In this document: positions 40,463-50,132 of the stretch, one piece after another
How the letters are laid out: each line of letters opens with the position of its first letter
Position numbering within the stretch: the first letter of the stretch is position 1
NCBI GenBank assembly: GCA_964604705.1
Contig: CAZSAP010000013.1
Coordinates: forward strand, 21,388-85,387
From: an uncultured bacterium
GTDB lineage: Bacteria; Oederibacteriota; JAAXVQ01
Reading direction: 5' to 3'
DNA length: 64,000 nt
Made by a program: the position numbers and the translations under genes
Notes under the pieces: generated by a model
Databases searched by the model: none
What the model saw: only the letters and a program-made list of their open reading frames with translations
Told to the model about the DNA's origin: nothing

Positions 40463-41920
40463 TTACTTGCAGGTAAAGTTATGTACAGTGCCCACCGAAG
40501 AGTAAACATCGGCTGTCTCTCCGCCAATGTTGTTGCTGTTGGCATCCAGCATGAGCCCTTCCACTGACTTAAGCCCCGGAAGAACCTTAACATACACCTG
40601 ATACGAGGTGCCGTTTCCTGGATAGAACGTATCCGGCAAATACACGTCTACCGTAGTCGTTCCGTTGAATACCAGTTGTTTGACTGGGATCTGATACGTT
40701 CCCACAAACGCTGCGGGCGTAGTAACAACCACAAACAACTGGAAGTTCGCTGGGGTGATGGTTGTCTCATCCAAGCGTGCTTTGGAATTGGTGGCATCGA
40801 CCACCAACGGAGTTACGTTAAACGGTACAATAAGCTTCCGAGTTCCTTGTGTTACTGTACCCACCGTCACGACGGGTGTGTTTGCACCGGTAGCGGTTCC
40901 TGTCGTAAATTCACGTACCAGATCATCACTGGCTTCTGCAACGCCGTTTACAGCAGTGCCAACAACCCCTTTGGTGCTGCCATCAAAATAACGACCAAAC
41001 AAGGGCGCTTTATCTGTCGAACTGGCTTTATCGGTTCGTGTCCGGTAACCAGTCAAACCACCCTTAATGGTTAGCTTATACTTGGACGTTGCTTCCAAGG
41101 TGTAGAAAAAATCAACCTGACGCGGCCATACTCCAGAACCCGCAATGGAATTGCTAATGGGGGTTACATTGGCTCCAGTTACAGCGTTTGTGATCAAGGT
41201 GTTTTTATTATTGTTGAGAGTCAGGTCATCCACGGCTTTGTTGAAGACAACCGTAATCGTAACATTTGTATAGAATTGTGAAACATTCGCAACATTGCCT
41301 GAAAGCAAGTTACCGCTGCTGCTTCCACCACCTGGCAAGTTCCAATATACATCTATGCTCGAGGCCTGCAACGGTCCAGTTGCGTAAGCGTAGGTTCCCA
41401 CGGGCGCTCCACCTAAAGTAAAGGTAGCCGTATAGTAGTCAAAATCTACGCTTTCAGCAATACCATTGCCATTGCCATCCAACGGACGTCCGGTCAAACT
41501 GCGTACACCGTTGGTGATGTTCAAGCGATATTGTGTATTGCTGGGCCATGACCCAGTCGAACTCACGATCGTTAAGCGGCGACTGTTTCCATCGTAGCTC
41601 AAAGTAACATTGGTGACTTCATTTTCATCTGAGTATGTCACCGTTCCAGTAACATCATAAAGCTGGAACAACTTTACAGTCGTGCTGTTGATGCTGGCCG
41701 GGTCCATGTCCGCGGAAAAATCCACGAACAATTTGTTGTACACACCACCCGGGGTTGTAACCGCGGTTATTGTCGGCAACGAGGTAGAGCCTGCGTTGTT
41801 GGCGCCGATCAGGCTGGTATTGGGGCTTAACGTGCCTTTTTGAGCTGCACACGAGGCCAGGAACACAAGGCTGGCTCCGCACAACCCGAAACAAAGAGCT
41901 TTGGTGAATAAGTTCTTCAT
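40463..41920 (-). CDS. Surface lipoprotein, hypothetical (N/T/S-rich, Ig-like beta-rich)
   Basis: Start at MKNLFTKALCFGLCGASLVFLASC (lipobox LASC). Low-complexity N/T/G-rich beta-strand repeats. Confidence 0.55.
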   Translation of the reverse strand: MKNLFTKALCFGLCGASLVFLASCAAQKGTLSPNTSLIGANNAGSTSLPTITAVTTPGGVYNKLFVDFSADMDPASINSTTVKLFQLYDVTGTVTYSDENEVTNVTLSYDGNSRRLTIVSSTGSWPSNTQYRLNITNGVRSLTGRPLDGNGNGIAESVDFDYYTATFTLGGAPVGTYAYATGPLQASSIDVYWNLPGGGSSSGNLLSGNVANVSQFYTNVTITVVFNKAVDDLTLNNNKNTLITNAVTGANVTPISNSIAGSGVWPRQVDFFYTLEATSKYKLTIKGGLTGYRTRTDKASSTDKAPLFGRYFDGSTKGVVGTAVNGVAEASDDLVREFTTGTATGANTPVVTVGTVTQGTRKLIVPFNVTPLVVDATNSKARLDETTITPANFQLFVVVTTPAAFVGTYQIPVKQLVFNGTTTVDVYLPDTFYPGNGTSYQVYVKVLPGLKSVEGLMLDANSNNIGGETADVYSSVGTVHNFTCK

Positions 41921-41936
41921 GTACGTCTCCTTTTCT

Positions 41937-43694
41937 TTAGAAGTAAACCGAGATGGACAAGCGGTAGTCGCCGAACTTAACCAAATCATAGATAGCCGTC
42001 ATGTCGACCTGAACATCCTTGGTCGGCCACCACGTCGCGCCATGATAGAGCGCATTGTTGTGGTAGGTCTGCAAATAACCAGAATTCACTTCGTCAAAGT
42101 TGTTTTGCGTCGCTGCGGTCTGGGCTGATGACCCATTGGCGTAGTTGGTCTGTGTGATCTGCGGCTGACGCGCCGTCACCTGCGTATCGTTGCTGTATTC
42201 ATGCGTGGTGATGGTATGCATGGCGCCGAAACGGATCGGCAAGTTTTCCATGAGGTTGATCACCAAACCAACCGGAAGCTCGATGTTGTTGTAGATGCTG
42301 CGTGTATTGGCCTCGCTGGTGTAGCCGCCGGTGGTCACCGCTGTGTAGTCGGTGGCCGTGCTGCCCGTGCCACTGACTGTCCGCGTGGACGAGTACGTGT
42401 TGGTGGTCTTCACTTTGCTGATCGTGGAAGTACCGGTGAACTTAATGCCCATGCCGAACTTGGTGTTCTTGGCAACCTGGTACTGCCCGCGCACACCCAA
42501 GGAGTAAGAGCTGTCGTCGGTCTTGCCTTCAAACTTGTCGTTGTCGGCAACGTCGGTCTGATCCACTTGCAAGAGCGTGCCGTTCGGCGTGCGAGTGCGG
42601 ACCATGGTGGTGCGGTCTTGCTTGGCATCGGCAATGGTCGACGGGACCATTTGGAAACCGCCTTCACCGATAAGCACGAAGTTGCTGCTCATGGTGTAAT
42701 CGCCGCGGAGGCCGATGCCCACACCCACGCCCGAACCCGGATAGCCCAAGCCGTTTTCAATGCCGTTTTCCTTGTACTGAGAAACTTTATCCGCAACTGC
42801 GTTCGGATTGTAGTTGATGTTCTGATCAAGCTGGTAGGTGTACTTGTTGGTTCTGCTCCGGAAGATCGGGGTCAGGTTGACCACCGCATCCAGGTTGGAG
42901 ATCATCTTGGCGGCACGTGCGGCCAAGGTGACCTTGGTATCCATGCTACTGCGTTCCAAGGACCCGGTGGTGCCTTGGGTAAACTCAAAGGTCTTGGCAC
43001 CGGTGATCAAGTTGGTCTCGGTCCAGCGCAGGCTCTGGTCAAACGACGGACCGATCAAAAGTCCGGCGTACTGTGCGACCAAAGCATTCACACCCAAATA
43101 ACCTGGGTTGTAGGTGTACTTGGTGCCGCTGCCCTGCACGCGCAAGGCCGCACCAAAGTCCAGACCACCCAGATCACCCAAGCCATAGGCCACATAGACA
43201 TCGGTGTCGTTGTAGGAGTAGGTTCTTTTTTCACGTCCGTACTTCTCAGTCTTGGCATCGTAGATGCCATCGGTGTTGGAATCACGGTAGTTGACCAACG
43301 CGGATTCAATAAAGCCATTTCCGCTTTGCGACTCACCACCGGCATAGCCGTTGTACGCTGTTTCAAAACTATCCGAACCGTACCAGTCAAAGATGAACCC
43401 TGCACGGCCTACGCCCATGGCCGAAACCTGCGTACCCAGCAAATAGCTGCTGGTGCCGGGGTTGCCATTCACTTGCTCATCGCCCCCGGTCACATGGTTG
43501 GATAACTGGGCCCACAAGGTGTTTCTCTGCAGGCTGGGGAGATACGCCGGGCTGTATTTGAAGAAATCATAGTTGTCTTCAAAGATGCCTGCGGTTGAGT
43601 CTGATGTAAACGAAGTATCCTTTGTTGCCGAAGCCAATCCGGACATAGAGAGAAGCATTGTCATTGCCAAAACGCCACTTAAGAGCTTTTTCAC
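41937..43694 (-). CDS. Hypothetical outer-membrane beta-barrel protein (porin-like)
   Basis: Signal peptide MKKLLSGVLAMTMLLSMSGLASA. Alternating amphipathic strands. C-terminal ...RLSISVYF ending in Phe. Confidence 0.5.
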   Translation of the reverse strand: MKKLLSGVLAMTMLLSMSGLASATKDTSFTSDSTAGIFEDNYDFFKYSPAYLPSLQRNTLWAQLSNHVTGGDEQVNGNPGTSSYLLGTQVSAMGVGRAGFIFDWYGSDSFETAYNGYAGGESQSGNGFIESALVNYRDSNTDGIYDAKTEKYGREKRTYSYNDTDVYVAYGLGDLGGLDFGAALRVQGSGTKYTYNPGYLGVNALVAQYAGLLIGPSFDQSLRWTETNLITGAKTFEFTQGTTGSLERSSMDTKVTLAARAAKMISNLDAVVNLTPIFRSRTNKYTYQLDQNINYNPNAVADKVSQYKENGIENGLGYPGSGVGVGIGLRGDYTMSSNFVLIGEGGFQMVPSTIADAKQDRTTMVRTRTPNGTLLQVDQTDVADNDKFEGKTDDSSYSLGVRGQYQVAKNTKFGMGIKFTGTSTISKVKTTNTYSSTRTVSGTGSTATDYTAVTTGGYTSEANTRSIYNNIELPVGLVINLMENLPIRFGAMHTITTHEYSNDTQVTARQPQITQTNYANGSSAQTAATQNNFDEVNSGYLQTYHNNALYHGATWWPTKDVQVDMTAIYDLVKFGDYRLSISVYF

Positions 43695-44060
43695 GTCTCG
43701 TCCACCTTTCTTAAATTTTTAATGGTCTTGAGGAAAAACGTAGAACTGCCTAAAAAGCCGAGTGTTCCCCCCTTTCAATCACCGGTTTTTTGAAGAGACT
43801 ATAGATATACGATGAAACATGTTAAGGATCAAGATTTTTTTACTTTCTTTGTGTTAGATTTTTTGTGCACTTTGCCCACTCCAATATTTATCACAATTGA
43901 GTGAGTCTATCGATTTTCGGTAGCTTTAAGAAAAACTTTAACTTCAAAGTTAAATAAATGGCTTTTCCACCTGAACCACATCTGAGCAACAGAGCCACTC
44001 TCCAGCAACCCTTACGCGGTCGAGCATACCGTCTTTCCTGCTGGAACATTAAGCCTTAAA

Positions 44061-44450
44061 TTACGGTGTTTTGTCTCTATCCAATTTGGCCTCAGCTTCA
44101 GCCATAGACCCGGCTTGATCCAGTTCAGCGGACGTATACGCCTCTTTGCCCACGCGGTTGAGTTGCAGTTGGGCCGTAACGTGCGATTGGTTCACCACGC
44201 GGATAACCCGGCGTACGCTTCGGTCCTGAATGGCTTTTTGCGCACGCTGAATATGCGCCAATCCAGCCTGGGACGTAGGTTTGAATTCCGAAATATCATT
44301 GATCACATCAAATCCCGGCTTTAGCTTTTTCAACTCGTGAATCACTTGATCCGCGGCTTTTTCCATCATGTCATCGGTGAGAAATCCCTTCAAACGGATG
44401 TACAAACGGTTTTTATTCACATCACTGTGGGATTCGTAAAAACTTTCCAT
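44061..44450 (-). CDS. Hypothetical small protein, possibly STAS-like
   Basis: Start at MESFYES (ATG 44450) with an AGGAG Shine-Dalgarno. The fold assignment is tentative. Confidence 0.4.
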   Translation of the reverse strand: MESFYESHSDVNKNRLYIRLKGFLTDDMMEKAADQVIHELKKLKPGFDVINDISEFKPTSQAGLAHIQRAQKAIQDRSVRRVIRVVNQSHVTAQLQLNRVGKEAYTSAELDQAGSMAEAEAKLDRDKTP

Positions 44451-44536
44451 AAGGCGACTCCTTCTCAACTTCCTGAGAATCATTTCTGACCTTAAGTATC
44501 GGAAAATCGCTTTTAAAATTAAGTTTTAAACCTATT

Positions 44537-46009
44537 TTAAGCTTCCGGCGACAGGTGAAAGACGTGGCTCTGCCAGGCGTCCAGGGCCACATACAGCCCA
44601 TTGCGCATGACATCCAAGGTCGGATACGTGTACGCCTGCTGGTTCAACTGATCGGAAAAGGTCCAGGCGCTGTTGCCCACGGTGGGCAAGGGCAAACTTA
44701 TGTATCCTTGCGCCCAAACCGGCCCAAAATTTATGACCACCAACCAAGGGCCGCTCTCGGTATCCCAGGTCAAAGCCACAAAAGGGTTATGCGCGGCCTG
44801 CAAAACCTGAGTGTGGCACAACCGCCACTTATCCAAAACCCCACCCTCTCGTGTCGGCAAAAGGGTTGTCAACCGTTGATACCACGCAGCCAAGATTGTA
44901 TCCGTCGGTTCGTCAGGACCCCGACGCAACTGCACCGGGAGTTTGATACGCGCGCCTTGGGCTTGCCCGAGAAAAAGCATGCGTGCGCCAGGCACACACT
45001 GGCACAACAACGCGGCGGCATGTGCCTGCCCTGCGGCTAAGACGGACGCCGCCCGGGGCTCGTCATGATTTTCCAAGAATCTCACCAGATGCGTTTGATA
45101 GCTGAGTGCTGCCGCCAAATGCACTCGCAAGCCTTCGGCATCGGCCTGCACCACACGTTCGTAAAAGCGCTTATCGTAGCAAAAATTAAACCCCTGCTGC
45201 TGCAGTTCCCACTCCTTGTCCCAATACACCTCGGCCATAAACCAAAACCTCGGATGCTGTTGGCGAACCGCAGTGATCACTTCGTCCCAAAACTCCTGCG
45301 GCAAGGGGCTTCCAGCGCGTGCGCCCCAGGTCCGGTCAAACACTTCGTTCAACAGCAGCATGGCCATGTCGCAGCGTACGCCGTCGCATTGCTCGGCCAA
45401 TTCGCACAGGGTCGCAATTGCCTGAGTGCGATAGTCCGCAGACCAGGCGTTCAATTGCGCGGTGTCGGTCCAGGCTGGAAAATACGGATCACGCCCATGG
45501 GCCAGCACGCGCTCCCCGGCGGGAAAAAAAGCCCCGCGCTGGCAACTCTCTCCCGGATCGCCCTGGATAAACATATCCGGCGCATCCCAGGTCCATACAT
45601 GATCCCGCGCCACATGATTGGGCACATAGTCCAGGATCAGCCGACAGCCATGGTGGGCCAACTGCGCCCGCACCCGCTGCAAACCCGCATCCCCACCCAG
45701 GCGCGGCTCCACGGTGTACGCGTGCACGGCATACGGCGAGCCTACTACGTCGGCCTCCTCTACGTCCGGCACGGCGCGGGCATAGGCTTCGCGCAATTCG
45801 GGAATTTCCAGCGCACACTGCCGAGACGCCGAGCTGCGCTCCCAAACCCCCATAAGCCAAACCGCATCCGCCCCCTGGGCCATCTCGGCCACAACCTCCT
45901 CGGGGACATTGGCCAAAGTAATCTCCTGCCCGTAAAGCACGCTGAGGTGACTCAGCCACGGCCAGGTGGGTATTTCAAAAATACGCGGTTGTGGGGGCCA
46001 AGCCAGCAT
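44537..46009 (-). CDS. Glycoside hydrolase family 13 (alpha-amylase superfamily) enzyme
   Basis: GH13 catalytic-region-like motifs (LILDYVPNHVARDH, GVRCDMAM, FLENHDEPRA). 490 aa. Confidence 0.7.
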   Translation of the reverse strand: MLAWPPQPRIFEIPTWPWLSHLSVLYGQEITLANVPEEVVAEMAQGADAVWLMGVWERSSASRQCALEIPELREAYARAVPDVEEADVVGSPYAVHAYTVEPRLGGDAGLQRVRAQLAHHGCRLILDYVPNHVARDHVWTWDAPDMFIQGDPGESCQRGAFFPAGERVLAHGRDPYFPAWTDTAQLNAWSADYRTQAIATLCELAEQCDGVRCDMAMLLLNEVFDRTWGARAGSPLPQEFWDEVITAVRQQHPRFWFMAEVYWDKEWELQQQGFNFCYDKRFYERVVQADAEGLRVHLAAALSYQTHLVRFLENHDEPRAASVLAAGQAHAAALLCQCVPGARMLFLGQAQGARIKLPVQLRRGPDEPTDTILAAWYQRLTTLLPTREGGVLDKWRLCHTQVLQAAHNPFVALTWDTESGPWLVVINFGPVWAQGYISLPLPTVGNSAWTFSDQLNQQAYTYPTLDVMRNGLYVALDAWQSHVFHLSPEA

Positions 46010-46039
46010 GCGTGTCTCCTTGGATGCGCTCAGATTTTG

Positions 46040-47020
46040 TCAAAAGATTTTCCAACCGAACAATTTAACCCGCAAGGTCTTTTGGGGACATTTTTCCACA
46101 CAGCGAAAACAATGAATGCATTCCGGCTGGTCCACGTAGCGGTCTGACTTGTCGTGATACACCCGCGTGGATTCCACGGGGCACACATTGGCGCAGACCC
46201 CGCAGCGGGCGCAGGCTTCCCATGTTTTCTCCTTGGTCACAAGCTTCCCGCGGTTAAACAACGAGATTAAAATCCCGTTCGGACAAAAGCTGCACCAAAT
46301 GCGGTTTACGAAAAACGAGGCCAGAAAAAAGAACGTGAACAACGTACTCACAATGAACAGCACCAGGAAAATGGGGCGCCACAAGTCGGCAAAAATCGGA
46401 TACCCGGTCATGAGCGAGTACACAGTGCGGGCCGGACAGATCTGGCAGCCGACCAAATACAGTCCATCCCGCACGGCCCAAGGCAGGGATTGAATCGAGG
46501 CCACCCAGGAAAAAATCCCCACCAGGACCATAAGCGCCAGGCCGGCGTTGCGCAACTGCACCCGCTGATGCTCGTTCACTTTAATTTCCGAAACATGCAG
46601 GCTTTTGCGTAAATGTCCCAACAGATCCTGGATAAACCCCATCGGACACACCCAACCGCAGGTAAGACGCCCCAACAACACGGCCAGCACAACAAATACC
46701 ACCAAATAGGGGATCCATATGCGTATCGGGTCCATCCACGAGATGGATTCCTGAATAAAATGAAACGTACATCCCCGAAACGCACCGAGGCCGCGGGCAT
46801 ACCGGCACGTTTTAAACGGCAAATACATGTTAAACGTTTGCTTTTTCGGCGGCGCACTCTTGGTGGCCGACATGGGCTTAAACTCAGCCGGGGTCTCGGC
46901 CACCACAAAAATAGAGGGGAGCGGGATTTTCTTACCCTGAAAAATCGTGGCCCCGCCATAAACAATCAGCACCAGAAAAATGATTTGTATAATTGTGCGG
47001 AGCACGGAGATGCGTTTCAT
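46040..47020 (-). CDS. NapH/MauN-type membrane polyferredoxin, copy 1
   Basis: TM region with CGWVCPMGF and CSFCPNGIL (CX3CP motifs). A C-terminal pair of 4Fe-4S motifs CARCGVCANVCP and CIHCFRCVEKCP. Start assigned at MKRISVLRT (47020); the track ORF start overlaps the activase by ~105 bp. Confidence 0.75.
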   Translation of the reverse strand: MKRISVLRTIIQIIFLVLIVYGGATIFQGKKIPLPSIFVVAETPAEFKPMSATKSAPPKKQTFNMYLPFKTCRYARGLGAFRGCTFHFIQESISWMDPIRIWIPYLVVFVVLAVLLGRLTCGWVCPMGFIQDLLGHLRKSLHVSEIKVNEHQRVQLRNAGLALMVLVGIFSWVASIQSLPWAVRDGLYLVGCQICPARTVYSLMTGYPIFADLWRPIFLVLFIVSTLFTFFFLASFFVNRIWCSFCPNGILISLFNRGKLVTKEKTWEACARCGVCANVCPVESTRVYHDKSDRYVDQPECIHCFRCVEKCPQKTLRVKLFGWKIF

Positions 47021-47028
47021 AAAGGGAG

Positions 47029-47808
47029 TTATCCCAACCGCTGGGCTTCCAACGCCGATCCCAACGAATTCACAAACTGCGGTATCTCGGGAATGTACAG
47101 CTTCACACCCAGCTTGCTCTCCATGGCCGCGCACAAGCCAATGTTCTTGGCTCCGCCGCCGTTGAACGAGACAATCTCGCGCAAGCCCAGCTTTTTGGCC
47201 ATGGCAAACATGCGCTCGGCTATGGAATGATGAATCCCGGCCACAATGTCTTCTTTTTTCACATCTTGCGCCAAGAGCGATATGACCTCACTCTCGGCAA
47301 AGACCGTGCACGTGGCGTTGATGGTAATCGAGGTCTGCGATTTAAGCGAGAGCTCGCCCAAATCCTCCAAGCGCACTTCCAAGGCATGCGCAATCACTTC
47401 TAAAAAACGCCCGGTTCCGGCTGCGCATTTATCGTTCATGACAAAGTCGGTGATCTCACCGTTTTCATCCAAGGTGATCACCTTGATGTCCTGCCCACCC
47501 AAGTCAATGATGGTCCGCACCTGCCCGCGTGGACTGCCTAAGAAACTCGTGCCTTTGGCACAGGCTGAAATCTCGGTAATGGTCTTGTCTCCGAACTCCA
47601 CGACCCGACGGCCGTAGCCCGTGGAAACCATACGCTCTACCGCCGCGCGCTCAATCCCCGCCTTTTGCAACGCCAGCTCCAGCACCGTATTGGCGCTGTT
47701 CTTGGGACGGCTCCCGGTGGGGACCACCGCCGTGGCTAAAATATCCTTATCGCTTAAAATCAAGGCCTTGGTGGCCACCGAACCAATATCGACACCGGCT
47801 GTAATCAT
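47029..47808 (-). CDS. BadF/BadG/BcrA/BcrD-type ATPase: activase of 2-hydroxyacyl-CoA dehydratase / double-cubane-cluster protein (HgdC/DCCP-R-like)
   Basis: 259 aa with an ASKHA fold. N-terminal GVDIGSVATKALI and the Cys pair region DKCAAGTGRFLE, typical of a [4Fe-4S]-bridging activase. Confidence 0.85.
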   Translation of the reverse strand: MITAGVDIGSVATKALILSDKDILATAVVPTGSRPKNSANTVLELALQKAGIERAAVERMVSTGYGRRVVEFGDKTITEISACAKGTSFLGSPRGQVRTIIDLGGQDIKVITLDENGEITDFVMNDKCAAGTGRFLEVIAHALEVRLEDLGELSLKSQTSITINATCTVFAESEVISLLAQDVKKEDIVAGIHHSIAERMFAMAKKLGLREIVSFNGGGAKNIGLCAAMESKLGVKLYIPEIPQFVNSLGSALEAQRLG

Positions 47809-49064
47809 CGCATCATCTCCAAGAAGGCTTCCACCCGCGTACGCAACTGTTCGACATCCTCTTGCCCGTAGTCCGTATGCAGGGTCAGCATGGGTATTTT
47901 TTTATCCTTCAACACTCGGTTTACCAAATCGCGCTCCATATCAAACAACTGGCAGAGCCGCAGATCGTGATAGATCACACCGTTGACTTGAAAATCCTCG
48001 GACATTTTAAGCAGCTTGTCCACCCGGTCGTACGAGCTGGCAAAGCACGGGCAGGTGGTGGGAAACAAGTACCGCGACGCCAAGGCTTCCACCATGCCGT
48101 CGACGGTCCACTCGTCGGGCTCGGGGTAATCCCAGAGACGCTGGTGCCCGGAACACATTTCGTCGGCCACCACCGAAGCGCCCAGTTCCTCAATCAAGTT
48201 GAGGATCTTAAAATTCGGCCAGATCACGGGCGCGCCGGTAATCAACAGCTTCTTAGTGGTCTCAGTATGTGAGCCAGAAACCGCGGCGGTCATTTCCTTG
48301 AGCAACACCTCGGCCTGCGCCACCCACGTGGGAACATCGGCATAGAAGCTGGCCTGGATCATCATCAGCCAATCGGAATGCGAGATCACGCCGGGATGTT
48401 TACGGCGGAGCTCGTACAACGCGCGGTACAGTTTGGAGCGTTTCTGAAAAAGTTCGATCGCTTCCTTTAGTTTCTTCCGTTCCAGCTTCTTTCCGGTCCA
48501 GGCCTCCAACTTGCCCTTGAGCCGCTTGATTTCCTGGAGCCAAAAGGGTTTGACCGTCTCGTAGTCCTTGGTCGACGGTAGGTTGAGCAACCAGACCGGT
48601 TTGTAATCGGCCAGGTATTCACCCAACTTGGTCTTGGCATCGCAGGTCGTGGGTAAAATGATCAGATCGCATTCATCAAAGTATCCGCCGCCCACGATGG
48701 CCGAACCTAAGGTGGACTTAACCAAGGGACAAATGTCACGCGGCAGCACCTCTTCCGAAGGAGCTATTGTCTCGGAGGTCCCGCTGCAGAGCCGCACCGG
48801 GATAATGTCCATGGCCCAGAGCAATTCCTCGGGTACAAAATAGCAGTAGGTGCCGGCGATTCTTTTCTCGGTGGCGCGCAGGGCCTGCAAGCGCTCATCG
48901 GTGGTGAACATGCGTTCAAACGCACTCAACGCCGCCATGCGGTTCGGTTGTTTCTGCAAGCGCTGCGCCAATTCCGTTGAGGCATCGCGCAGGGCCTGCT
49001 GAATTTTTTCCGAAGGGCGCCGGACCGGCGTCCGGGGGTACCGTTTCTCAAAATCTGTGTGCAT
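47805..49064 (-). CDS. 2-hydroxyacyl-CoA dehydratase / BcrC-BadD family (HGD-D, PF06050) single-subunit protein, double-cubane-cluster-protein-like
   Basis: Conserved Cys-containing segments ICPLVKS, TTCDAKTK, DEMCSG and TTCPCF. About 420 aa from ATG at 49064. Overlaps the activase start by 4 bp. Confidence 0.7.
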   Translation of the reverse strand: MHTDFEKRYPRTPVRRPSEKIQQALRDASTELAQRLQKQPNRMAALSAFERMFTTDERLQALRATEKRIAGTYCYFVPEELLWAMDIIPVRLCSGTSETIAPSEEVLPRDICPLVKSTLGSAIVGGGYFDECDLIILPTTCDAKTKLGEYLADYKPVWLLNLPSTKDYETVKPFWLQEIKRLKGKLEAWTGKKLERKKLKEAIELFQKRSKLYRALYELRRKHPGVISHSDWLMMIQASFYADVPTWVAQAEVLLKEMTAAVSGSHTETTKKLLITGAPVIWPNFKILNLIEELGASVVADEMCSGHQRLWDYPEPDEWTVDGMVEALASRYLFPTTCPCFASSYDRVDKLLKMSEDFQVNGVIYHDLRLCQLFDMERDLVNRVLKDKKIPMLTLHTDYGQEDVEQLRTRVEAFLEMMR

Positions 49065-49075
49065 GCGCAAACTCC

Positions 49076-50080
49076 TTATGATCGAAAAATCGGAATGCCG
49101 AAAAACTTTACGGTCAGGCATTTCTTCTCTGGGCACAAATCCACACACCGGTAGCACTGAATGCACTGGGCATGATCCACGACCCGGCGTTTTTTTTCCG
49201 CGTACACACTCACCGACTCCATGGGACAGGCATCCGCGCAAATGGCGCATTTGGTGCACAGCACCGCATCCTTCTCCTTGGTGAGCCCGCCCCCGCGGTT
49301 GAAAAACGAGAGAATCACCCCGCCCGGACAGAGCTTGCACCAACTACGCTTAAACACGGCACTGGACACGTACAGCAGGGTAAAAACCATGAGGAGCACA
49401 AACAGAGTCACCAACAAGGTGGTGGACGCCCCAGGAAACTGCAGATTGATCATGATTGGAAAACCGGTGATGAGCGGTGTGATCAACTTGGATGGACACA
49501 CCTGGCAGGTCGCAAGATAGAGCGGTTTTTTTATGCTCCAGGCCACGGCCGACCAAGAAATCGCCCACGCACTCACCAAGAGCAAGGTGGTCAACACATA
49601 GCCGCCGGCCTTAAGTGTTTCCAACATCCAAGCCGGCAGCTTAATCCGCGCCCAACCCAGCCACCGCCGAACCTCGGTGAACATTTCAGAGATAAAGCCG
49701 ATCGGGCACAACCAACCGCACCAGAACCGGGCCAACAACACCATAAGCGCGATTAAAAGCGCCAGACTCGGCAAGATCACTTTCAAGGGCGGGCGCCAGG
49801 TCAACGTGTCCGAAAAAAAGTACATGAGGCAGCCGCGGAAGGTGCCCGTCGTTCCCGCAAACCGGCAACTGCGGCCGGGTAAAAACGTCTGAAACGGCTG
49901 GGTCCAGGTAGGATTGGCGTAAAGCAATTCGGTCATCTTCTGGTTCTTGCCGTCGAGTGAATACCACTTGATCTCCTGCGGCTTCAAATCCAAGAGGGTC
50001 GCTCCATAAAAAAGAAACAGGAACGAGAGCACCTGCACCACTCGCCGCGACCATGTAATCTTATGCAGAACCATACGCAC
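49076..50080 (-). CDS. NapH/MauN-type membrane polyferredoxin, copy 2
   Basis: TM region with CGWLCPIGF and CKLCPGGVI. C-terminal CTKCAICADACP and CIQCYRCVDLCP. Paralogue of the 46040-47020 ORF. Confidence 0.75.
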   Translation of the reverse strand: MRMVLHKITWSRRVVQVLSFLFLFYGATLLDLKPQEIKWYSLDGKNQKMTELLYANPTWTQPFQTFLPGRSCRFAGTTGTFRGCLMYFFSDTLTWRPPLKVILPSLALLIALMVLLARFWCGWLCPIGFISEMFTEVRRWLGWARIKLPAWMLETLKAGGYVLTTLLLVSAWAISWSAVAWSIKKPLYLATCQVCPSKLITPLITGFPIMINLQFPGASTTLLVTLFVLLMVFTLLYVSSAVFKRSWCKLCPGGVILSFFNRGGGLTKEKDAVLCTKCAICADACPMESVSVYAEKKRRVVDHAQCIQCYRCVDLCPEKKCLTVKFFGIPIFRS

Positions 50081-50132
50081 GATGCCCCTTCATAGAATAC
50101 AGCTTACGCTTACCTTTTTAAAACACGCATCC

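Noticed and set aside
45065-46147. 360-aa plus-strand ORF antisense to the GH13 gene, and similar ORFs at 52774-53754, 59000-59893 and 61481-62296
   Set aside because: They are antisense to well-supported genes and have a composition typical of non-coding frames in high-GC DNA.
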